A stretch of 50,644 nucleotides of DNA from Octopus bimaculoides (GCF_001194135.2 NC_068981.1:193272005-193322648), one strand, 5' to 3'. Positions 25,026-37,800 are shown, counted from the stretch's first letter. The notes: generated from the sequence alone by a model not told the origin. Made by a program: numbers and translations.

Positions 25026-25426
25026 GGCATGGCTGTGTGGTAAGAAACTTGCTTCCCAACCACATGGTTCTGGGTTCAGTCCCGCTGTGTGACACCATGG
25101 GCAAATGTCTTCTACTATTGTCTTGGGCCAACCAAAGCCTTGTGAGTGGATTTGGTAGATGGAAACTGAAAGAAGTCCGTCATATATACATGTGTGTGTG
25201 TGTGTGTGTGTGCATGTATTTGTGTGTCTGTGTTTGTCCCCCACCATTGCTTGACAACCGATGTTAGTGTGTTTATGTCCCTGTAACATTAACGGTTTGG
25301 CAAAGAAACTGATAGAATAAGTATTAGGCTTACAAAGAATAAGTCCTGGGGTCAAGTTGTTCAACTAGAAGCGGTGCTCCAGCATGGCCATAGTAAAAAG
25401 ACTGAAACAGGTAAAAGAAAAGAATA
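25026..25426 (+). mobile_element. SINE family A, full length
   Basis: Aligns along its length to 44032-44393. Confidence 0.85.
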
Positions 25427-25604
25427 CACAAACACACACATAAAGACCATAATAATATGCAATATGAAATTGTGAAATAAGAGGAAATAAATCCTGAGGA
25501 TGAACAAGTCTTCATATTCTCTATCATTATAATCATTGCTATTATATATATATATATATATATACGTCTACACACACACATATTGTATTATTTGATTCTC
25601 TGTT

Positions 25605-26000
25605 AAGGTGGTGAGCTGGCAGAAACGTTAGCACACCAGGTGAAATGCATAATGGTATTTCATCTGCCTTTACGTTCTGAGTTCAAATTCCGCCGAGGTC
25701 GACTTTGCCCTTTATCCTTTCGGGGTCGATAAATTAAGTACCAGTTACGTACTGGGGTCGATGTAATCGACTTAATCCCTTTGTCTGTCCTTGTTTGTCC
25801 CCTCCATGTTTAGCCCCTTGTGGGCAATAAAGAAATAAGAAACGTTAGCACGATGGGTGGAATGCTTAGCAGTATTTCATCTGTCTTTGTGTTCTGAGTT
25901 CAAATTCCGCCGAGGTCGACTTTGCCTATCATCCTTTTGGGGTCGATAAATTAAGTACATCAACTGGCCCCCTCTCCAAAAATTTCAAGCCTTGTGCATT
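25605..26000 (+). mobile_element. tRNA-headed SINE family C (Deu/Nin-like central domain), tandem dimer
   Basis: GGTGAGCTGGCAGAA head, GAGTTCAAATTCC B-box, GACTTTGCC(T/C)TT..ATCCTTTCGGGGTCGATAAATTAAGTACC central domain; second monomer starts at 25842. Confidence 0.85.
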
Positions 26001-26747
26001 AAAATAAAATGCTTTGTGCCATTCCTTCTGGCTCTGCATTCTTAATTCGGGGCCAATAAAATAAAGCCCCAGCCTAGTTGATGGTCCCTACTGACCTCCT
26101 ACCCTCAGAAATGATGGCTTTGTGCCTATATCAGAAACAATTATTTTACTACTTCTATCCAGTGGGTTGTGGCCATACTGGAGCCAATTTACAGCAGAGC
26201 TTTCATTAGAGAATAAAAGTATATTTTGTTAATCATCAGCTTAATGATTCTTAGAGACCATAGAAAACCAGGAAGCAATGATGTCTTCCTTCAGGTTAAA
26301 TCCATATTTACTTGTTCCATTTAAGAATCACAATTCACATGAAGAAGTACATAATTAAGAGATATAACTATAAATATGCAGTGTGCCCTGGTGGCCAATT
26401 ATTGCAAGGGAGATAATCGTTCCTAGACAAGTCTTCACATTAAATTTTAAATCAAGGAATAAGGAAGAAAATGCAAAGAATATATATATATATTTAATAT
26501 TATTTTGCTCTTACTCATCGCAAAAAAACCTTCAAATTTCTAGTCAGAAGTGATCATGGAAAGTGCCATTTCATTCTTATTTGAAATAATCAGCATGACA
26601 TAACTTGAGGTGAATGAATTAAACCAAATGAAACATTCTATGAAGCGAGACATTAGGATGAAAATAACTACAGGTCAGAAGAAATTCATGGAATGTGTTT
26701 TTCTTTTCTTTTAATTGTAATATCAATTATAAATAACAGAGTGAAAG

Positions 26748-27060
26748 TGCATGGGTTAGTGTTTAGGGTATCAAACACACGATTGTAAGGTTGTAAGTTT
26801 GATTCCCGGCAGTGTGTTGTGTCTTGAGCACTTTACCTCATGTTGCTCCAGTCCACTCAGTTGGAAAAGTTAACTAGCCCCAGTGTATTTCAAAGGGCCA
26901 GTCTTGTCCCATTCTGTGTGTCACACTGAGTTTCTCTGAAAATTGTTAGCAGTACATGTATCTGTAGATTTCTCAGCCACTTGCTTGTTAATTTCATAAG
27001 CAAGCTGTTACATTGATCAGATCAACTGGAGCCCCCATTATTGTGATAACAGGGTGCTAG

Positions 27061-27062
<2 letters not shown>
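26748..27062 (+). mobile_element. tRNA-headed SINE family F (other copies: 10507-10690 +, 16028-16265 +, 32396-32665 +, 45985-46290 -)
   Basis: TGG(G)TTAGTGTTTAG A-box, GTTTGATTCCC B-box, TTGAGCA(AGA)CACTTTA and TTGCTCCAGT(C/T)CACTC central motifs shared among the copies. Confidence 0.7.
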
Positions 27063-27112
<50 letters not shown>

Positions 27113-27386
27113 ATATATTTATATATAAAACAGAAGCAATGTTGTAATGTATTGCCTTTACAACACTCTGTTTTCTAAAAACAGCATATTAAAATCAGAG
27201 ATAAGTTAAAGGAGCTGGTATGTGGTTAAAAAGGTAAAAACATCATCCTCATTCCATAATGGATCTCATATTATCTCATTGGCCCATTATGGAATATTAC
27301 TCTCAGATTTGTGACAATATTACTGCTTAGAAAATTACTATTTTTAAATCTTATAACGAGAGATATTCAGCAATAGTAGTTTAGAG

Positions 27387-27795
27387 TAAAGATTGTTTGC
27401 CAACATAACATGGCAGTCCTGGTTTAGGACTAATGTTGCTGTAATTTAGCCCCAGGAGACATCATTGCCAGCTGGCTATACAATACGATCTGTGTCCTTA
27501 TATTTTCAAACAAGGGAATCTAGCACCCCCACTCAGCTCAAAACAATACCTGTGTATCGCGATTTCTGGATTATTTCCGAACAATTATTCTGTGCCGATG
27601 AAGGGAAATAACCCAGAAATTGTGATACACAGATATTGTTTTGAGCTGAGTGGGGGTGCTAGATTCCCTTGTTCGAAAATATAAGGACACAGATCGTGTT
27701 GTATAGCCAGTTGGAGATCATGTCTCCTGGGGTTAAATTACAGCAACATTAGTCCTAAACCAGGACTACCATGTTATATTGGCAAACAATCTTTA
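27387..27795. repeat. ~409-bp near-perfect palindrome (arms 27387-27578 and 27604-27795, 25-nt spacer), probably head-to-head PLE LTR copies
   Basis: ~190-bp arms directly visible as inverted repeats with scattered transitions. Spacer plus right arm form a hammerhead motif. Confidence 0.95.
27589..27633 (+). ncRNA. Minimal type I hammerhead ribozyme motif (PLE type, partly decayed)
   Basis: TCTGTG-CCGATGA-A-GGG-AAATAA-CCC-A-GAAA-TTGTGA-TA^CACAGA. 6-bp stem I and 3-bp stem II. Stem III reads TCGCGA in the antisense copy at 27557-27562. Deviations: U4C and an A.A pair at 10.1:11.1. Confidence 0.65.
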
Positions 27796-27799
27796 TTAC

Positions 27800-28115
27800 A
27801 ATATCACTGCTGTTGCATACAGACATTCTAAACTGTATCTTGAAAAGGACCAACTGATTAGCATCATGTTACCCACAGGCATGCTGTCTCCTATCTCTGC
27901 CTTTTTCACTGCTACAATAATAGCCTTTGCTCTTCTTAGCTGACTGAACTCATAACCTGTTGACCCATTTGTCTCTCTCTCTCTCATCCTTTCATTACTT
28001 GTGCTCACTCCACCCCAAGCCCTGCATTAATCCTTAGACTCAACCCTTCCTTCCCAGAATATTACACCTTCCCTGCTGATGTTGATTTACAAGAGTTCAA
28101 AAGGAGCATTAATAG
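27800..28115 (+). mobile_element. CR1/Jockey-like LINE 3' fragment
   Basis: THRHAVSYLCLFHCYNNSLCSS*LTELI and DLQEFKRSIN resemble the HRR.V..L.LFYRYY...F..RT..LWN.LP C-terminus. Confidence 0.65.
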
Positions 28116-28930
28116 TTGTGTAGTTAAGAAGTTTGATTCCCAGTTCACTCCCACTGCACAGCATTTTGAGAAGTGCCTTCTAGTCCCAAACCAACCAAAA
28201 CTTTATACGAGTAGACTTAGTAGTTGGAAACTGAAAGAAGCTCATCATGTATGTGTGTGTGTGTGCATAGTAGTGAGTGCTGAACAGCAGGTCTTTGGAG
28301 AAGAAACCTCACTCAAGCAACTGTTTCAGCCCTTAATTATTAACACTGTAAGGAGACTTGGCTGCATCAAGGCCATGACCCCTGGATACCCCTCTGCTAC
28401 TAAACTGTGTTATCGTCGGCAATGCAACCCTGTATCTCTTTTGTTTCATTCACTGCATTGCAACCATGCTGAAACTCTGCTTTGAATAGATTTTAAGAAA
28501 AAAAAATTGCCCCCAGTATTTATTTTCAATGAGCCTTGTTTGAAAAATAGGCGAGGGTTGGCATCAGGAAGGGATTCTGGTGGTAGATAAATCTGCTTTT
28601 AACAAATTCCATCTGACTCATGCACCTGTGCAAAATTTTAAATGGTGACAATGATGAATCTCAGATGTAGGAAGATCAGTAAAATTCATTGGTACTACCC
28701 CTCTCCCCACACTGGCAAATGAAAGAAATAGAAAAGCAGCCAAGTTTATTGTTGTGTATATCTTACAACAGTGGCCTTAGTGCATTTCATGGTGTTGCCA
28801 CACCAAAACTAATAGTGGAGTGAAGTAATTGGGGAGAATTTGACAGCTGCTGTGTATGATGAGTATTGGTTCCAACCATCATGTGGAATCGAGATAAGGG
28901 CACATGCATGTGTGTGTGTGTGTGTCTACA

Positions 28931-29345
28931 CTTCTTTTACTTGTTTCAGTCATTTGACTGCAGCCATGCTGGAGCACCATCTTTAGTTGAACAAATTGAC
29001 CCCAGGGCTTATTGTTTGTAAGCCTAATATTTATTCTATCGGTCTCTTTTGCTGAACCGCTTAGTTATGGGGACATAAACACACCAACATCAGTTGTCAA
29101 GAAATGGTGGGTGGACAAACACAGACACACATACATTATATATATATATATATATATATATATTCCTGTGAGAGTCAGAGGTTGGGAAACCAACCAACGA
29201 AGGGATATACTGCTGGTAGTGTACCCAATTATTCATACCCAAATGCTGGTTATTGCATGGCAATCCCGCAATTGTCATATATGGGTGGGAGTATATATAT
29301 ATATACATACGATGGGCTTCTTTCAGTTTCCATCTAATAAATCCA
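28931..29345 (-). mobile_element. SINE family A with an unidentified ~130-bp insert (29163-29290) in its microsatellite
   Basis: Reverse-complement match to family A on both sides of the insert. Confidence 0.75.
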
Positions 29346-30051
29346 TACCAAAACTACGTGTGCTTTCATCTCTATGTTGCACACATGCACAACAAATCTA
29401 ACGTCTTCTCCATATCCCCACCATGTTCACAGTTGCTATTGAACCAGCTAAATCATGATCACCATCAAAATTTAATGTCTGCTTTTCTATGCTAGCATGA
29501 GCCAGACAGAATTTGTTGATGCAGATTTTTTATGGCCAGATGCTCTTCCTCTCACCAACCCATGCCTGTTTCCAAGCAAGGTAATATCCCATGGCCAGAC
29601 ATGTTTTTCATGGAAGACTGGAAACAAACAACAGTACCTGTTTGATAATGATGCTCATTTACAACCATCATGTGATGCCTGGATAAGAATACATAGACAC
29701 ACACGCATACATATATATCACCATCATCATCTATATATACATACATTAACACACACACACATATATATATATCATCATCATCGTTTAATGTCCGCTTTCC
29801 ATGCTAGCATGGGTTGGACGATTTGACTGAGGACTGGTGCAACCGGATGGCTACACCAGGCTCCAATATATATATATATATATGATGGGCGTCTTTTAGT
29901 TTCTGTCTACCAAATCTGTTCATACACATTTGGTCAGCTCAGTGCTATAGTAAACACCTGCCTAAGGTGCTGGACAGTGGGACTGAACCCAAAACCACAT
30001 GGTTGGGAAGTAAGCTTCTCAAGTGCACAGCCATGCCATCTTAAAAGGATC

Positions 30052-31200
30052 ATCATCATCATTTAACGTCTGCTTTCCATGGGTAAGATGGCTTGACATG
30101 GAGCTGTTGAGTCTCCAATTGTCCATTGTGGCATAGTTTCTATGGCTGGATACCCTTCTTAATGCCAACCATTAAACAGTGTGCTGGGTACTTTTTGTGT
30201 CACCAGCATGGATGCATTAACACAGCACTGGCGCAGATGCTTTTCAAGTGGCACCAACACCTGAAAAGACAATCCTGTATGTGTGGAAGACAGTGGTTTT
30301 ATTTAGCTTGACCTGTCTTATCAAGTACAGCAAATCACCACACCTCCTGGTCCCTTGTCATTTCCCCAGTGAGGCCCAGCATCCAAAGATCCTTTCTTCC
30401 CACTTTGTTCTATGTCTTCCTGGGTCTACCCCTTCCACCAGGTACTCTCCACAATTCGAACTTGGCACTTCTTTATGCAGCTGTCCACACCCATACACAT
30501 CACATGACCAAACCAGCAGTCTTCTTTCTTGCACACATCTGATGCCTCTTTTGCAATTTTCCTCTTAAATCATTTAAACTGTCATGCATACACAGACATT
30601 ACCCATCCAGTAGAGCATGTTAGCTTCATTTCATTCAAGCATTCACAAGTCCTCTGCAGTCGAAGCCCATGTTTCATTGCCATGTAATGTAGCTGTACAT
30701 ACACAGGTATCATACAATCTGCTTTTCACTCTGAGGGAGAGGCCCTAGTTACCAACGAAGGTAGAAACTCACTGAACTTCACCCAGCCCATTCTTATCCT
30801 AGCAACTACATTTTCAGAACTCCCTCTCCCACTGCTAATTTGGTCCCATAGGTAACAGAAGCTATCATCTTCTAATGATCCCCCACAAGCATTTGAGAGA
30901 GTCCATTGTCTGTGCTTATTGTACCTGCACATTTACCACGTACAGACTATATATTCTCCGCTAACCTTTCTGTGATACTGCTACACCTCATACCTGTCCA
31001 AAGCTTGCACTGGGTATGTAGGGAATTTCTACCAACACCCTTCTTACATATCGAACAGGGCTGGGACTCATGATTTGGCGTTTCCCTACTTACTAGGACT
31101 TCGGTTTTTGCTAGATTAAATCCAAGGCCCTTAAATTCCAGACCTTGTTTCCACACCTGAAATTTCTTCTCTAGGTCAGGTAGTAATTCAGCTACCACTG
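30052..31200 (-). mobile_element. RTE-clade LINE, 5'-truncated and decayed
   Basis: EKKFQVWKQGLE..NLAKTEVL, a Cys-rich insert, DSFCYLWDQISSG..ARIRMGWVKF, RLYDTCV..HGNETW and GRPRKT motif remnants. The 3'UTR ends ..GACGTTAAATGATGATGAT. Confidence 0.85.
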
Positions 31201-31324
31201 TGCAAGTATGCTCTACTATAGCCCAGGCCAACCAAAGTCCTGAGAGCAGATTTGGTAGACGGAAAGTGAAATAAACACATTATACATAAATATATTTTTT
31301 TATTAATATTTAGCAGCAGCAACA

Positions 31325-31855
31325 GAGTGACTTAAGGGCCAAGAGTTTCATGTCTTAACACATGGTTCTGGGTTCGGTCCCACTGAGTGACACCTTGGGT
31401 GTTTTCTACGATAGTCTTGGGCCAACCAAAGTGTTGTGAGTGGATTTGGTCGACAGAAACTGAAAGAAGCCTGTCGTGTATATATACACTCTCGAAGTGG
31501 TTGGCGTTAGGAAGGGTATCCCGCTGTAGAAACTCTGCTAGATCAGATTGGAGCCTGGTGCAGCCTTCTGGCTTGCCAGTCCTCAGTCAAATCGTCCAAC
31601 CCATGCCAGTATGGAAAGCGGACATTAAACGATGATGATACATGTATGTATGTGTGTCTGTGTTTGTCCGCCCACCATTTCTTGACAACTGATGTTGGTG
31701 TGTTTATATCCCCTTAACTTAACAGTTCGGCAAAAGAGACCGATAGAATAAATATTAGGCTTACAACGAATAAGTTCTGGGGTCAATTTGTTCAACTAAA
31801 GACAGTGCTCCAGCATGGCTGCAGTCAAATGACTGAAACAAGTAAAAAAAAAAAA
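31325..31855 (+). mobile_element. SINE family A with a nested family B tail (31487-31639)
   Basis: Head and tail of family A separated by an inserted RTE-type tail inside the internal microsatellite. Confidence 0.8.
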
Positions 31856-34800
31856 TATAGACACACACACATGCATGTACCCTTATCTTGATTCCGCGTG
31901 ATGGTTGTGACGAAGAATCACCATAGACAGCAGCTGTCAAATTCTCCCTAATTACTTCACTCCATTATTGAGAACTGTAGTCCTACATATATAATGACTT
32001 GAACCTACAGAAGTTAAAGCTAATCATCAACTGCACCAGTTAGTAAGTGCCAAGAAGTCAGGTGTAACCGACTTTCCTCCATTGATTGACACAGCCAATC
32101 ATTGCATAGATACTTGAAGACAACTCTTCCCTCAGGGAGCTCGCTGGTTGTATCACGCATTCCAGCTCCCCGTCTGTTCTGAGATCTAGTCCTTTACACC
32201 TGACACCTAATCTTTTAAGTTTGCAAAAGCATGTTTGAGTAGTTAACAAGCTTGCATTGCAATCCTGTGGTCTCAGGTTCACTTCCACTGCATAGTATCT
32301 ACTATAGCCCCGGGACGTCCAATGGCTTGTGAGTGTATTTGGAATATGGAAACTATGTGGAAGCCTGTTGCATATGTATGTTTGTCCCTCATTGAAGGCT
32401 TAGTGGTTAGAATATTTGGCTCAAAATCATAAGGTTATGAGTTCGATACCCAGCAATATGTTGTATCCTTGAGCAAGACACTTTATGCCACATTGCTCCA
32501 GTTCACTCAATTACCAAAAACAAGTTGTACCTGTAATTCAAAGGGCCAGCCTTGCCACACTGAATCTCCCTGAGAGTGCTCAGCCACTTGCACATTGATT
32601 TCATGAGCAGGCTGTTCCATTGATCGGATTGACTGAGACCCTTGTTGCAACCAACAAAGTGCTATTTTGTCCCTTTTGATGCTTCACAACTGGTGTCGAT
32701 TTGTAATCTCTCCCTTTTCAAACCCGATAGTCTTTTGTCGTTCTACAGGCTTGTGTTAACACTACTAGGCTAAACTGACACTCTGTTGAATCTATATGCT
32801 CATGCTTTTGACTCACCAACTCTCTTTATCTCACTCCGTTACCCATCCTCCTTTCTTTTTCAACTGGAGTACAGCAGGACACAACCCCCAGCTCCCCTGA
32901 AACTCAAATCTCTAATCAACTGGCACAAAAGAGATGATAGAGTAAGTAACAAAAGCTTTAAAAAAATAAGTACTAGGGTTGATCTGTTTGACTAAAACCC
33001 TTCAAAACAGTGCTCCAGCATGGCCGCAAAATAAAAGATTGAAAATCAAAAAAGACACAAAACAATCAAGAAAGCCATCATTATAATAGCCAATAGTAAG
33101 CAAAGATGCAAGAAATTAAAGACTGTTTATACTTTTGTTACCATATTCCTGTCAGCACACATTGACTTTGTTTCAATTAATTTTGAAAATGTGGAATTTA
33201 GTAAAATAACTTCTAAAAGATGAAATAAGATGTGGCAGCCCACGGTAAAACACATCTCTCCCTTTTCATACCCGATAGTCCTTTGTTGTTCTACAGGTTT
33301 GTTAACACTGCTAGGCTAACTTGATACTCTGTTGAATCTATATGCCCATGTCTTTGACTCACCAGTTCTCTTTATCTTACTCTGCAACCCAGCTTCCTTT
33401 CTTTTTCAACTGGAGTACAGCAGGACACAACCCCAGCTCCTCTGAAACTCTAACCAATTGGCACAAAGCCATCCAAGCAACCAGTACACTCTGTAAAGTG
33501 GTTGGCATCCAACTGCCAAAACAGACAATGGAACCTGGGGCAGCCCCTGGCCTTACCAGTTCTGACCATCCCATGGCAACATGGAAAACAGGCGTTAAAT
33601 GACGATGATGAGTGGGGCAATGTGAAGTGCCTTACCCAAAGCCACAACACACCTGTTGCACTGGAATTCAACCCATGGTCTTATAACTGAGAGCCCCACA
33701 TGCACACCTTTTCAAACACTCTTGTATATCCTCATTTAACGTCTGCTTTCCTTTGGAGTTTTGGTGAGGCAAATATACTATGTGTGGATGCCCATCATGT
33801 TGCCAATGTTCACTCGTTTCCAAGGCAATTTTTCCTCAGAGCTGAACATGTTTACATAGAAGCTTAGAAATGAAGATACCACTTGTATGACTGACATTTG
33901 TTTACAACAACCATACAATGTCAAGCAGGCACCAACTCACACACGAGCTTCTTTGTTTCCATCTACCAAATCTACTCAGGGATTTGGCCAGCCTAGGACT
34001 ATAGTCGAAAACACTTTGTCCTAGGTGCCATGCAATGAACTTGAATTCAGACCCAAGAAACAAACAGATTAACCACAGACATGCCTACATCTACGTCTTA
34101 TTTTAAAATTGCACACCTTTACATACTGAGGTATGGATTTTCTAGTGATTGTTGTTTTGCCACAAGTGAATCCTGGTTGAACAAACTCCAACGGTGACCT
34201 TTCTGCCTTTTCTCTGTATACACTGCTACCTACAAGCACCTCATCCAATTTACTATTCTATTCTGAGACACATGTGAGAGGAATTAAGCTGGTATTTCTA
34301 ACAAGTCAAGTGACTGCATAGAGGGTCTACTCATTGACTTAGAATCAAACTCCTTTTAGTGAAAGATGAGACAAAAGGGAAAAACTGATCAATAGCAGAG
34401 CAAGAAGGGTCAAGTTCAGAAAATCCATGCTCTAATAGGATAAAGTATAAAGTTCTTTGAGTCATAGACACTCATTGAGCCAATTCCCTGATTTCTGTGG
34501 TGTATATATTCCCCACTGGACAGGATGTCAGTTTGTCACATCACAGCTCTAATATCAGCATGTAAATATTAACAGCACACTGATCCACACTCTCTCCATC
34601 CAGGTTTCCCTTTTCCTCTATCTCCCACTTTTACAAACTTACCAATCTACACAGTGTTCATTCTTGGACTTCTTCACTTATATCCACCTCCCTGTAACTC
34701 TTTACCACCCCCCTTCCCATTCTTTTCCAACTGGGGTAGCCACGTATCTCCTCTACAACAGGGCACCCACTTCTGTCCCTCTATCATCTCCCTCAATATT

Positions 34801-37800
34801 ATTTCCACCCACCTCAGTTGAAGGGTCTTGTCTTGTGAGTTAGCTGGTAATCTTACTGGTGTTGGTACCATGTAAAATCACCTAATGCACTGTGTAAAGT
34901 GGTTGACATCAGAATGATCATTCAGCTGTAGGAACCATGCCAAAGCAGACATCGGAGCTTGGCACAATCCACTGGCTTGCCAGTTCCTATCAAATTGTCC
35001 AACCCATGCCCTCATGGAAAACAGATGCTAAATGGTGACGATGATGATGATGATCTCATTCATCAACTGACCAATTAGCATTAATCTACCTCCATAAAAC
35101 TAACAGAAAGGGCAAACAAAATGCAAAATACAAGCAATTGATGACCTGCAAGATAAATGTTTAACAGAAAAATGTTGACTAAGTTATAACATTTGATGAA
35201 GAGTTTTACATTTTCAATTTTATGTTTACAAAAATAATATTCATTGTGTGTATGTGTGTGTTGTTTCTTACATCAATACCAATTGCAGACATAGTGGGAA
35301 ACAAAAAAAAATGGAAAAACATTTTTTTGATGTGTAACAATGTATAAACTAAAAATGGCAAAAAAAAAAAAAAGGGTAATGAACGAATGATGAAACAAAA
35401 TTGGTTTTGCATGACAAAATTTGTTTTTGATTGAGCAAAACTGAACTATTGCTAGCATCTTACCAATTCTCAAGCTGTAAAATCTAGGGTGATTCTTAAT
35501 TATGAAAGAATATTTTGAAAGATGGTTAAAAAATATTAAAAAAAAAACTCAAAAAAACTCAAAAGCAGATTACAAACTAAAACGATGCAGAAAAAGAAAT
35601 ATTTAGAGTTTAATAATAATAATAATAATAACACTCGATATTGTTTTCACAGAATGTTTTTTTTTTAAACTGAAAAACAGTTATTTACAAAAATAATGAG
35701 GCAAAAATGAAGAATGCAAATAGTCTATTACACATTAAAAAGCAAAACTAATAGAAATATTACTGATAATTAAAAGAAAAAAGGCTAAATTAATTAACAG
35801 AAATAATGTTCCATGAATTACTTCCCCGACACAACAGGCTGGAAGAAAGAAATTCATCATTGCTTTAAGATTTAAATAAATAAATAAAAAGAATAAAACC
35901 AAAAATCTAAGAGTAGAAAGAATTCATTGATTGAAGAAAAAGGAAGACGAAGCATGCATGACAGTGGAACTATTACTAGTTTCAAATTTTAGCACAAGGC
36001 CAGCAGTTTGGGAAGTGGGGGAGGCAAGTCGGTTAAACCAATCCCCAGTGCTGGACAGGTACTTATTTTATCGACCCCAAGAGGATGAAAGGCAAAGTCG
36101 GCCACGGTGGAATTTGAACAGAGAATGTAAAGATGAACAAAATGCCGCTAAGCATTTTGCCCAGCATAGTAATGATTCTGTCAGTTCACCACCTCGTAGC
36201 TGAACTATTTGAATTTTAGTAACTGATATATATATATATATCATCATTATTATTCAATATCCACTTCTCTGTGCTTGCATGGCTCAGACAATTTTATTGA
36301 GGCCGATTTCCTGACTAAAGGCCCTTACTATCATCTATATATGCACACATACATATGTACTTTATATATATGTATAATATATATGAATGTAAAGTGGTTG
36401 GAATTAGGAAGGGTATCCAGCTACAGAACTATGCCAAAGCAGACACTGGAGCATGATACAGCCTTCAGACCTTGTTATCCTGTCAAACCATACAAGCATG
36501 GAATGTGAATGTTAAGTGATGATGATACATAAGTTTTATATATATATATATATATAACACATACACATGTGCATTTATAATTATATATGATGAGAATTAA
36601 TGAGAATTAATGAGAGATTTAAGACAATAAGTGAAAACATACAGAAAGGAAATAAGTAACAGCTTGGATTGTGACTCTCATTCATTCTTGTCTAAATGTG
36701 TAAAGGGCATATTTGTGTACAGATCTTTCTGACTCAAGGAAACCAAATGACAATATATATATATATATATATATATATTTACATGCATTCTATTCTTCCC
36801 TTTTCTTGGTCTTTTCTTTCCTTCCTTCCACACTTACAAAAAAAAAAAAAATAAATAAAATAACTGTCAAAATTAATAAAATATTCAAAATTGATGAAAA
36901 GCTTGGAAGTTTTTTTTTTTTGTTTTAACATTTCTTTTCTTTTTCTATGAACTTCAAAACAGCTTTTAACAACTCCTAGGTCTTTTATTGTCCAACTTTA
37001 AACGAAGTCTATTTCGAGGGAGAGAACTGCTTTCACTGATTCAGAATGAAACTCGTTACTAAGCTGCAGTCACATGTTCACAACCCACTTAGCTAAAATA
37101 ATTGTTTTCTCAGGTTGGAGCTTTTTTTTCCCTCTTTCTTTTTCAAACTTGGTAATAAAAAAATTATTATAGAGGAGGATGTTACTAATGGAAGTAAACT
37201 ATTCTGTGCTCTGTTAGTATCTCCTATCAAACATGCAAGTGTCATGCCAACATTTAGGGCACATGAAGAGGGAGGGCTAGTAAAATGCTGTACCAACAAA
37301 ATACAGAAATGAAAAAGTTGTTGAGATTTGTTAATAACTGGCTTATAAACCAATTATTTGTAAAATGGGACTAAGTAGTTCTAATGAAACAAAGCAGTTT
37401 AATCCTTTCTTTACCTGAAAAGGCAGACCAAGTTTTGACTCTACTAAGCTCCCCAAAAAACTCTGAATCTAAAATAAGACAGCAACGAAAAGTGGCCATA
37501 CATAATAACTAAATGGAGTTATTCGAAAAACTTTGTGTGTCTGTGTACATATATATATATCTATATATGTATGTATATATATGATGTCAACAACCTTCAT
37601 TTAGAATTCATACCATATTACACAGCTGGGAAATAGGTTATTATTGCAGAACAATTTAATCCAATGGAACAAACATGTACACTACTACATAGTTCTAGTA
37701 ATACAGGGGGGACTTCACTAGAAAGACCATAAACAAGAGGGATTTTTTCCCCTCTTTTTTCTTTGTATTACATGGTAATTTGGGAAGATATCCTTTTGGG

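Noticed and set aside
27387-27795. Plain Tc1/mariner MITE interpretation (TA at both ends)
   Set aside because: Not excluded, but it does not explain the complete hammerhead topology spanning the spacer and right arm, so it was not adopted as the primary call.
35100-37550. Homopolymer-rich unique-looking sequence resembling a long 3'UTR on the minus strand
   Set aside because: Composition only; no adjoining coding exon or transcript evidence.
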